DNA of 64,000 bases from Octopus vulgaris (taxonomy: Eukaryota), in assembly GCA_951406725.2 (NCBI GenBank), contig OX597841.1, forward strand, positions 17,918,001 through 17,982,000, written 5' to 3'. The notes below the pieces were generated by a model that did no database searches, was not told where the DNA came from, and saw only the letters and a program-made list of their open reading frames with translations. Shown here in pieces: positions 53,204-64,000 of the stretch. Position 1 is the stretch's first letter. The number at the start of each line of letters is the position of its first letter. A program made the translations under genes and the position numbers.

Positions 53204-55038
53204 GTAAGTCTTCCCCTGTGTATATAATGCTGAAGTAGATACTCTCTTTTGATGGGCAAAACGGGTAGCATTTCCTATTTGCCGAGATTATATATTATTA
53301 ATAAAGTATTGGGCAACTTTATGTCGATGCCATCATATATCAGAATTAGATCAGGTGAAAGTATTTTGAGCTAACATTGTATTCTGTTACTTGTTTCAGT
53401 CATTGGACTGCGGCCATGCTGCAGTACCACCTTGAAGGGTTTTTATCGTCGAACAAATCAATCATAGTATTTGTTTATTTTTCAGCTTCGTACTTTTTCT
53501 ATCGGTCTCTTTTGCCGAACCACTAAGTTACAGGGGCGTAAACACACCAACACCGGTTGCCAAGCAATGACGAGGAGGGACAGACGCAAAAACAAAGACG
53601 CGCGCGCACTCACCTCCGCCTCTTTACCTTGTATTAAAATAACATCAGGCATCATTTTGTGGGGCAAGATTGTATGTTTAAGATAAAGTATTAGGGCTTC
53701 AGTAACCCGGATATGAATTTAACCTGAATCCAGTAGTAGGGCCCCACAACGGGAGTTCCAAGTGTTTGAAGAATGTGGAACCAGTTCTTAGCCACTGTGG
53801 TTCCCAACCAGTTAGGTTTCCACCTATGGCTTAACCAACATATGAACCACTGGGAGTGAAGAACCCCTTTTTTTCATAAGAACTTACTTCTAGGAGAATG
53901 TAAACTTGTACGAGTTTACATTGTCCGTCGTCCCTGGAAAGGGCCGACCTGTGTGGGTGAGTGTGTTTCTTGGGGGTATCCAAGATATATAACCCGACGA
54001 GGTCGGCGATCTCATCCCTGTTGTAGTTCCCCACAGAAACGTCGAAACGACAGCCTAGCAATCTCAAGCTATGTGAACGGTGACACCGTGGCGAAGTCAG
54101 ACACGCGTCGTGCACTTTTATATATACATATTCCATGTTGATCGGTGGCGGAGACGAGGACCGATGACTTGCACAGTGACTTCGAAGTGAAGAAAAGTTG
54201 CCCACCATCAACCTCACTCTCTTGTCTGTAATTATATTCAGTCCAGTGGCAAGACCAGGACAAGACGACTGGGGATGGAGACGGATGCAGTGGATGACCA
54301 ACATGTCTTGCTTGCCTCATCTTGCTCTCTGCACTCTATACTGCATTGTTGCGTCTTCTGTAGCGTCTTCTAGATTCGTCTTTTACATGCACAGGTAGGT
54401 AAGCCCTACCTGTCTCAGGTATGGCCAATTAAGTCATACCTGAGACCTTAACAGATGCTTCCACTGCGGTTTGGGATAGAACTGGGATCAATGGTGGCTA
54501 TCAAAAGTAAGGTAAAGTTACCTTGTCGAGTGATAAGGGCCGGTCTCCCGGTTTCCATGGCACGTATATTCCCCGCGTGGACGAGACACCAGTCTGTTAC
54601 AGAATTACTGATTTTTGCCGAGTGAACCGGAACAACGTGAAATAAAGTGTTCTATACAACGTGTCGCCCGGCCCAGGAATCGAAACTACAATCTTGCGAT
54701 CGCGAGTCCATTACCCTAAACACTAAGCCACGCGCCTTCACATGATGGATAACAGGTGATTCCACTCTCCTCAAAACCTTAGAATTCCTGAAGCAAGGCC
54801 CTACTTCCGGAAGCAGTATATAGTCATATCCAGGGTACGCGCGCTCGTTCACATGCGCATGCGCGTATATAGATGTATAGGACATTCAACACATTTAGAA
54901 AGAGCTGCATGTATTATTTAACTGTTCCATGCAATGGCAATCCAAAGCCTGAAAGAGACGGGTTTCTGTTAGGGGTCCTGCGAATCTTTACGTCATATAG
55001 AACCATACTAAACTGTTTTAAAGAATACATACATACAC

Positions 55039-55119
<81 letters not shown>

Positions 55120-55120
<1 letters not shown>

Positions 55121-55380
55121 TAGCAGCTAAGCCCGGTTTCACCCGGTCGGTTTGGATAATGTGGTTGTAAAACCTGCTCTGTGTAAGCATTCGACTTGCT
55201 TGGGCACGCTTACGTTAAAAAATCAATTTTAAAATGACTTTTTTCTGCCAAACACTAAAACTAATTGACCAACAAACCAACAAAAAAAAAGAAGCAACCA
55301 AGATTCAACCAAATCAAAAAAAAAATAAACCCAAATACTAAGCGAGCAAAGATGAACCACCCCACTTCCACTGCGCGCGC
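55120..55380 (-). mobile_element. Helitron 3' end fragment
   Basis: Minus strand hairpin CCGGGTGAAACCGG followed by CTAG|T, next to (TA)n. Confidence 0.55.
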
Positions 55381-55525
55381 ACACGCACACACACACAGAG
55401 TATGAAATAATAAAAGTCTAAGTAAATACATTAGAAAGAATTGAAATATTGAAATAAAAGAATTTCACTCAACCTGGTGATTCTATTAATAGTACTGTGA
55501 AACGACTTTTAATTTCTTTTTAAAG

Positions 55526-55638
55526 ATCCTTGTCCTGACCTTAACAAGAACTGCAAAATGTGGGCAGATATGGGAGAATGCAACAACAACCCAAATTATA
55601 TGAGAACGAACTGCAGGAAATCCTGTAGATCTTGCTGA
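55526..55638 (+). CDS. CAP-ShKT gene, last coding exon (ShKT domain)
   Basis: tttctttttaaag|AT...TGA. DPCPDLNKNCKMWADMGECNNNPNYMRTNCRKSCRSC* has the six-Cys ShKT pattern, and phase 1 fits the upstream exons. Confidence 0.93.
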
Positions 55639-55768
55639 AACAGAAGCGACATTGACGGTCTTTGGGTAGGAAAGAAGAATCTAAGCCCTTCACTCGCAGA
55701 GTAGATTTTTTAAAATTTGTAACACTGGTTGCAAATACTTAGCCAAAGGAAATCTTCTGTAAGATGTT

Positions 55769-55774
55769 AATAAA
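55769..55774 (+). terminator. Polyadenylation signal of the CAP-ShKT gene
   Basis: AATAAA 130 nt after the stop, followed by a T/GT-rich tract at ~55803-55832. Confidence 0.65.
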
Positions 55775-55974
55775 CAATCGTCTAATTGGACACTGAATAC
55801 TAATTTTTGTTATTGTTGTTGTTGTTGTTGTTTAATCCCCACCCCCAGGCATTCTTGATTGAGCAGAAGTGGTCAAGGACTCTGAACCACTGCGTGAATG
55901 CGGTCAGCTAAAGCTCAATCCTGTGGAAGTAGATCAAGCAATACCTTGTGAGTGTAATTCGTTGACACATACGC

Positions 55975-56055
<81 letters not shown>

Positions 56056-56059
56056 CACA

Positions 56060-59000
56060 CACAGAGGAGGGCGCCTCCATTGAGGAGGGTGCCGGTTTCC
56101 AACAAAGATACAAAGCTCCATTTTGGGGATGTATTAACACAGACATATTCACATTTGGAACTTGAGAAAACTCTTGCATATTTTTACTGTTCCACTCACA
56201 GATTGCACTTGTCATACGAATTAGCCGATCGATTTCTCTTTCTGAAAATCCCAGTTTATCCAGATTCTCCTTTAACAAAACCTAGTGCTCCAATTGTTAT
56301 TGGTATGAATATGAATTCATAATCTGGATGTAGAAGCTGGAGGTTTCGAATCAGTCGTCCTTAGATATCCTATTTTCCTTTGATTTTCAAAGAGATATTT
56401 ATATCTGCAGGCCATCTAACCCCTATGATGGTACATACCTTTGCCCCTCTGTTCCAAACAACAATATTCGTCTATATTCGACAGAAGTTTTGATGGGAAT
56501 ATTCCACCAATGTTCCTTGAATTGGTGTATTCCATAACAGGGATTTTCTAAGTTTATTTCAAGACAGTCTTCCTCGCAGATGGCGCTGTAAATTGTTTTA
56601 GCAACAACATCGTGCTGCATAGGGAGGAAGTACCGTGATGACATTTTAGGACAGCTGCTAATCACATTCGTGACGTCTTCCACAAAATCATGACATAGCC
56701 TACACATGCGGTTGCAGCTTGGGATTACAAGAGCGTCACTAACTCTCTTGTTCACCAGGTATTTTCTGGCAATCTCCTGTTCCTGGATTGCAAACGCATA
56801 GCCTTCAAAGTGTGATGTGATGTAGAGGTCTTGTGTCCAAGAGAGGCTGAGCTTCATGTCAATTCTATTGTCTTCTTCAAGCTTCCGGGCATAGTCTTTT
56901 TTGTCTACTGAATGCTTTCCATCCAGGTCTTTCTGGGGTAAGAGGGCCCAGCTGTTTTGGGCCTGTATAGGAGATCATCAGGAAGAGAGTGTTTCTTGAG
57001 GAGTTCACTGCCAACTCGTACAATATTGCTAACTTTACTTTTCAGCGCTGCATTTATATATTAATTTTTGCTACTGTTGTTTAGCAAGTGCTGCCTGAGT
57101 AATACCGTACGGTATTCGAAGGCCGTCTGCACTTATCTCAGGCCTCTACCGCCTTCATTTCTTCTTAGGTAGAGCCTGTCAACATCATTGTTTCTGTGGA
57201 AGTTCCCAGTTGTTGCCAGGATTTTGCGGGTTTTGATATCTATGGAGTGGATTTCCTCTACAGACCATTCAAGTATCCCAAATGTTGGGATCAGCACTGG
57301 TACTGCAAATGCATTATGGGATAATGTTTTGTTGTAAGAGGAGAGTTCCGCTGCCGTATTTTTCTAAGTCTGGTGGAATATTCCCGGGTCACTCAATTTT
57401 CATTCAGTGTGCCTTCATATTATATATTTTCGTCAATGCCTTTGTGTGGAATGGGGGAGATAGAGAGACCGTTGGTGCACAGGTTTGGGGTTTGGGGGAC
57501 TGACTTTTCTCATTCTATAACCAAATATGGACATTTCTTTTGGCCAAATTCCATGCCTGTATCAAATGAAAATGTTATTAATTCCAACTGTTTTTTGGCA
57601 TTGTTAACACTTTTAGCATAAATCTTGAGGTCGTCTACAAAGAAATCAAGAGTTCCATTGATATTTTTAGCAGTTGAAGATCCAATCATGGAACCATTTG
57701 TTTTCTGTAGTAGGAACGATAATGGACTCAGTGCCCAAATGTAAAGAAATACAGAAAAACTATCTCCCGGGAATATCCCCTTTGAAATGCCTATTCTATC
57801 AGAAACAATTATTCTGTTCTCAGTTGTGAGGGTAAGAATTGTCGGCCATGTCTTTGTGAGTCTCTCTATAGCAGCAATTAAGGTAGTGGGTACCTTTACC
57901 AGATGTAGGTACTTCAACAGCCATGAATGAGGGATAGAGTCGAATGCCTTTGTAAGGACCATGTGATGCGAGGTGACGAGAATGGCTGTTTAGTACATCA
58001 GACGGTCGATACAATAAATCTAAAATGAATAGTACATATAAATGCCTGAGAGAAAAGGGAGACACAACTGGGTAGAATGATTAGGAGAAGATTTATTCAT
58101 ATGTAAGCATGTGTGTTACACATTCATATCTATGTGTTTACGTATGCCAAACTACATCCCCACTCTTGGCACTATTTTGTTAGTGAACAGTACAACTGTG
58201 TGTAAAGTATATTATGTATCACTACGCTGAATGTCGAGTCCGTGTATCATGAGAAGTCAATAAACACGTAAACAATAACAATGGTTTTCATTTGGTTGTC
58301 TATCCCATTAGAACCCAAACTACACATAACAGTGTGTGACTGTGTGAACATCATGTACACCAAATAATAGACAGGCCGTCACGAGAACAAAGTGTATGTG
58401 TGTGCGTGTGTAAGCATAGATGTGTGCGCGTGTTAATATATAAGAATGGCAATGAAAAAGACAGTGAAATAGTGTATAAGCATCGAAGTGAGAAGTTCAT
58501 AGACACAAGAATGAGAATAGCAGTTCGTAGTGAATTGTACACGGTAGTTGAAATACTGTATGAAGAAGTGGCAGCCATTATGCTGAGCTGTTTACAGGTC
58601 GTAGGTGATGTTGCCGTCTGGGTGATTGGTAGAGGAGTTCTTGCAGGTTGGATATTCGCTGTTGATCCATGGCGAAGTGATTCACGAACAGTGGAGTGTT
58701 GGGATGTGGGCGAGTTGTTGGTTGGGATGTGTTCGTAGAGATGATGTTGACGACGTTGAAGATGATGGTGGAGACAAAGATTGAGGCTGCCGTAAGGCTG
58801 TTGGACGAAGAGAAGTTGGGGTTTTATAAGGAGCTGTAGGATCAAAATTGGGTTGAGAACAAGCTGTCTCACGTGATTTTATTTAGAGGCTCCGATTGGT
58901 TATACGCGGCTAATTGGAGCGACAGAGTAAGAGACAAATTGCGTCAATACCAACCAATCAAAGTAGTGGACAGAACGGGGTCCAAGTAGCGGCCAACGGT

Positions 59001-60040
59001 TAGCTGTTCCCTGCTACGTTCGAATGCATAATAAAAGGAGAAAGGAATTTCACTCGTGTGTGTACGCTACACCTTCTTATAGTCAAGCCATACTGGCACA
59101 AGGTTTCTAAGTTGTTTTCTTACCTCAGATAATACAGTTTTGTTTATTAAAATGTGTTCGGCCAAGCCCCACACTCCTTCTTCCCACCAGTCTGTTCATC
59201 AGTCACAATGTTGTTCGACTCCCATTGGCCCAGGAGGAATTTGTTGAGCCAACCTGTGTACAGTTTGTACATAATATTTAAGCAAGCAATGGGCCTGTAG
59301 TTTCCTGCCATCTCACTGATTTCATTTTTGGCAACAAGATCTGTCCATGCTGTAGCAAACCAATTTAGTCTATCAGTCTGACCTTTCAGAGTCCTTTTGA
59401 ACGTATTTATCAATTGGTTTCTATACAATGTCAGCTTTTTGTACCGATCTCCAACTATTAGGTCCCTTCCAGGTGCAGTTTTCCTGCTGCTGTAGCGAAG
59501 ATATCTCCATCAATGTTGTATGTTTTACTGATGGTGTTGATATAATATTCTCTCTCGGTTGTATTGAACCATGATACATTCAGTTTGAAATTCCTCTTTT
59601 CGTTCCAGATTTTGTACCAGAATGATTGTAGGTCTTCTTGGGAGGGAACTTTCTTAATGGAAATGTTCTCCTTCCTCATTTCTCTGTAAAATGCTCGTGG
59701 GTTGGAAGCAAACCTGCGATTAAAACTGGCTCGTTCAAAAATTCGCATGCGATAGCGGAGTTTCTCGCTCATTGCCCTGAGTTCATGTTTTAAAGTGATT
59801 AGCTTTGCCTCAAGAGCTCGGTGTGAAGAGTTGCCATAATGTTTCGTTAATTTTTGTCAAAGGTAGAGTTGGTGAGGTGTAAACTCATTCTTCTCCTTAC
59901 ATTTTATTGTTGTAGCTAACCATCCAACATGGCGGTGCGCGTGGTTGATGTTCTCTTCAAGTTTTGGTTTCCATCGAGGTTGTTTCCGTTTAGTAATTTC
60001 GTTACTTTGTTCAGTGTAGACTTCTCCTAGGTATACTTGT
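56060..60040 (-). mobile_element. Degenerate R4/Dong-type (restriction-like endonuclease) non-LTR retrotransposon, interrupted by a solo LTR
   Basis: NYRPIACLNIMYKL, WLDYKK|AFDSIPHSWL, GIFPGDS, FVDDLKIY, the CCHC knuckle CRLCHDFVEDVTNVISSC, HDVVAK and WWNIPIKT. Confidence 0.88.
57951..59071 (-). mobile_element. Solo LTR, 1121 bp, inserted in the LINE RT
   Basis: TGTA...TACA ends with a perfect CCTT TSD (57947-57950 and 59072-59075). Removing it restores DYKKAFDS. Confidence 0.9.
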
Positions 60041-60311
60041 ATGTATGTATGTATGTGTGTATGTGTGTGTGTATGTATGTATGTATGTGTGTATGTATGT
60101 ATGTATGTATGTATGTGTGTATGTATGTATGTGTGTGTGTATGTATGTATGTATGTATGTATGTATGTATGTATGTATGTGTGTGTGTGTATGTATGTAT
60201 GCATGTAGATATCTATGTGTGTGTGTATGTATTTTTGTGTGTGTATGTATGTATGTATGTATGTATGTGTGTATATATATGTATGTATGTGTGTGTGTAT
60301 GTATGTATGTA

Positions 60312-60342
<31 letters not shown>

Positions 60343-60600
60343 ATGTGTGTATGTATGTGTGTGTGTATGTATGTATGTATGTATGTATGTATGTATGTAT
60401 GTATGTATATGTGTATGTATGTATGTGTGTGTATGTATGTATGTATGTATGTATGTATGTATGTATGTATGTATGTATGTATGTATATGTGTATGTATGT
60501 ATGTATGTGTATGTGTATATGTATGTATGTATGTATGTATATGTGTATGTATGTATGTGTGTGTGTGTATGTATGTAAGTATCTATGTGTGTGTGTGCGT
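60036..60600 (+). repeat. (TATG/TG)n microsatellite
   Basis: Directly visible. Similar arrays at 22095-22352, 28503-28765, 30630-31050, 40343-40730 and 48570-48920. Confidence 0.95.
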
Positions 60601-61109
60601 CTATGAATGTATGTATATGTGCATGTATGTGTAAGTGTGTGTGTACGTCTGATTGCAAGTATGTATGTATTCTCCATGTTCATGTGTTTGTATATTCATG
60701 TTTGTGTGCTTGTATGTGTGTATGAGTGCGCACGCGCACGCGCACACACACTCATACGAACACACAAATATACACACGTACAAATACACAAACATGCAGA
60801 ATACATACATACTTGCAAAAGCACATAAACGCTTACATATACACATACATGCACATACATGCATACACGCACATGCATATATACATGCATATGTGTATAC
60901 ACGTGCACACTGACACACACACATGCACACAAACAAACAAACAAAAAGAACACAGCTCCAACAACGGACAGAGTCAACGACCAATGAATAGGTTGCAGGA
61001 CGCAACGAAAATTTTAGAAAAATAACAAAGGAAATGAGTGGAAATCGAACCAGTGCGTGTGTTAAGTTAATAAGAAACTAAAAGAGAATGATTCTCTCCA
61101 GACGCAACA

Positions 61110-61179
<70 letters not shown>

Positions 61180-61399
61180 ATATATATATATATAGGCATA
61201 ATTAAATCTCAGAATGAGATTGAATAGTAATCGCTCGATAATGTAAAGTATAGAAGCCATCTTATCATGGCTAACCACATTGGGGAGGGGGTGTTACTGT
61301 AGCTTTATAGCCCCAAGAGATCTTCGTCTCTAGGTGGCTTTAGACACAATATCAGTGCCCTTGGAGTATTTGCAAAGGGAGGCCCTTGGAGTATTTGCA

Positions 61400-62017
61400 A
61401 AGGGTGTGCTTACGTCCTCGTAACTTAGCGGTTCGGCAAAAGAGATCGATAGAATAAGTACTAGGCTTAGAAAGAATAAGTCCTGGGGTCGATTTGCTCG
61501 ACTAAAGACGGTGCTCCAGCATGGCCGCAATCAAATGACTGAAACAAGTAAAAAAAAAGATACATAGATACATTATCGTTCACATAGCATTTATATATAT
61601 ATATATATATATACTCTTTTACTTGTTTCAAGTCATTTGACTGCGGCCATGCTGGAGCACCACCTTTTAGTCGAGCAAATCAACCCCAGGACTTATTCTT
61701 TGTAAGCCTAGTACTTATTCTATCGGTCTCTTTTGCCAAACCGCCAAGTTACGGCGATGTAAACACCAGCATCGGTTGTCAAGCGATGTTGGGGGGACAA
61801 ACACAGACACACAAACACGCACACACACATATATATATACATATATATATATATATACGACGGGCTTCTTTCAGTTTCCGTCTACCAAATCCACTCACAG
61901 GGCTTTGGTCGGCCCGGGGATGTAGTAGAAGACACTTACCCAAGGTGCCACGCAGTGAGAACGAACCCGGAACCATGTGGGTGGTAAGCAAGCTACTTAC
62001 CACACACCCACTCCTGC

Positions 62018-62020
<3 letters not shown>
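61400..62020. mobile_element. Tail-to-tail pair of family A SINEs (61400-61552 +, 61615-62020 -)
   Basis: Their tails are reverse complements about 60 bp apart. Confidence 0.8.
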
Positions 62021-62062
<42 letters not shown>

Positions 62063-62093
62063 GAAAACAAAAGTGTTTAATACTTTACTTCCT

Positions 62094-62149
<56 letters not shown>

Positions 62150-62938
62150 CAGTTTTATTAAAATATCCCCGTCTTCAAAGCAGAACCTTTGAATGCCGGT
62201 CGTCTGCCTTTCAAGTTCTCCGACTTTGACCCTCATCCACTCCATTCGTTGTTTTACTCTTTCCCAATACATTTCTTCTTATACGTAAGTTAATAGGATT
62301 TCTTTAATATCGAATGGCTACGGGATTCCAATAGAGTAAAATATAAATCAAAGGGGCCCTTAAGTGAAAAAAAAAAAGAGGGGGCTGAGAAACATTGAGG
62401 GTGAAAATGTTTCCTTTATCAATATTTTCTCTCTCCTAATGTGATATAAAAAAATCTAAACACCTAATATTGGATGCTATGACTTTGTTGATAATAAGTT
62501 TCTCCACCTTTTGTAAAGTGTCCTTCATTTTAAAAGACGATAGTGTTATTTGTCTACTATTTCTAGCGCATCAATGAAGCAGGAACAGCAAACTTACCTC
62601 CCTTAAAATTATGAAAATCCAACAAGAGTTATGTCCCATTGGACCTAGGTTAAAAAAAGTCTCTTACACATGAGTGTGTGTGTGTGCGTACATATGCATG
62701 TGTGAGTGTGTGTGCTTCTGTATATGTGTATGTCTGTGTTTGTGTGTATGTGAGCATGTGAGTGTTTGTGAGCATGTGTGTGTATGTGTATCTGTGCGTG
62801 TGTGTATCTATATGTATACGTGTTTACGTGCGTGTGCATGTGTGTATACGTGTGTGTGTGTGTGTGCACGCGCGTATGTGTGTGCGTATCTGAGAGGAAC
62901 CTTTGTCGGAGGGCAATTGTATAGCCCTAGGCTAGATA

Positions 62939-63118
62939 TGTAAGGAATACGACCGTACGTAAGGTGACAGTAATGTCTCCTTTTAAACGCCGTACGATCG
63001 TCCCACAAAAGAAGCCAGCCAAAATACATGGCATAAAAGAATAAGGGCGAAGAGGAATTAATGCGAACGACAACCGTTCTGCTGTTTGAGAGAAGAAGAC
63101 TTTATTTACGGAAGTGTA

Positions 63119-63179
<61 letters not shown>

Positions 63180-63700
63180 TGTGTGTGTGTGTGTGTGAGT
63201 GCTAGCAGAGTGTAGTGTCTATGTGCATGCGACAAGTGTTTGTGTCTGTGTGTTCGTGTGTGCGACAGAAGTTCAAACAAGGTGTATGCGGGCAAAACAG
63301 AATACAGAGCATAGGAAAGAGTCTCTCAGGGTATTTTAGACAAGTTCGTAGTAAGGTACATAATAGCAGTTTGTTCTGTAAGAGGATGTTGGGGTCACAA
63401 GGCAGAATGCCGGTTGAACACATAGCGTGTAGCGGTTGGGGCTTCAATGCCGTGCCAGGTCCCTTGATACAGGAATTCTCGCAGGTAATGCTGTGTTGTT
63501 TACCTCGGTGAATATCCCAACAGGAAAAAAGCTAAACCTGAGCGAGTGCTGTGTACGTATTGCTGAAGTCGACGGAGATGGAGACGACGTAGAGTTGAAG
63601 GACGACGATGGTGATGACAGAGAAAAGCGTCGTCGAAATGAAGGTGTTGGTGGTGGAAAGATCCTGCTTTGCATGTTGACTGTCGCTCGAGCTGGTGAAA
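62939..63700 (-). mobile_element. Truncated third copy of the LTR family
   Basis: Begins TGTAAGG on the + strand. 63505-63600 matches the reverse complement of 18045-18135, and 62940-62990 matches 18555-18606. Confidence 0.7.
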
Positions 63701-63706
63701 TTAACT

Positions 63707-64000
63707 TACTATGAGAAATTAACACATTACAACCCACAGAAAACACTGAAAAACTTATCCTCCTTGCTCCAAATTCATGGAAAGGGTCTCACTAAACTTG
63801 AAATAGACTATTTATCCAATTTTAAATACAGTCTTAGTCTATTCTACCGATTACCCAAAATACATAAAAATCCACACATTTGTGAAGCCTGCAAAGTCTC
63901 TTCAAGCCTATGCATTAATGTCCCTCCCCCTACTGACCTCAAACTGAGACCCATCATAGCTGGCCCTTCTTGTGAAACCCACCATTTGAGCAACTTCCTC
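63707..64000 (+). mobile_element. Penelope-like element reverse transcriptase, N-terminal part, running off the window
   Basis: Open frame YYEKL...GLTKLEIDYLSNF...FYRLPKIHK...DLKLRPIIAGPSCETHHLSNFL, matching the PLE RT motifs FYGLPKIHK and RPIIAG. Confidence 0.85.

Overview
This is repeat-saturated eukaryotic DNA: very dense (TA)n/(CA)n/(TATG)n microsatellites and tRNA-derived SINEs of a style I associate with octopus genomes. The taxon is an inference. Nearly all ORFs in the supplied track are microsatellite or SINE artefacts. One real protein-coding gene can be assembled by hand on the + strand: six coding exons at 42117-55638, 237 aa, with signal peptide + CAP/SCP domain + Cys hinge + 30-nt microexon linker + C-terminal ShKT domain, i.e. 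a CRISP-like secreted protein. Recognisable transposons are decayed mariner and Tc1 elements, a CR1/L2-group LINE, RTE pieces, an R4/Dong-type LINE split by a solo LTR, three copies of one LTR family, Helitron Rep and end fragments, Helentron-like elements, hAT/piggyBac/pogo MITEs and a Penelope RT at the right edge. The most unusual signal is a set of short, mutually unrelated fold-back elements sitting in (TA)n tracts. At least five carry recognisable minimal type-I hammerhead ribozyme motifs and several more carry decayed ones. There is also an apparent CpG-decay boundary near 33-37 kb, which hints at an unannotated minus-strand gene spanning the left half.
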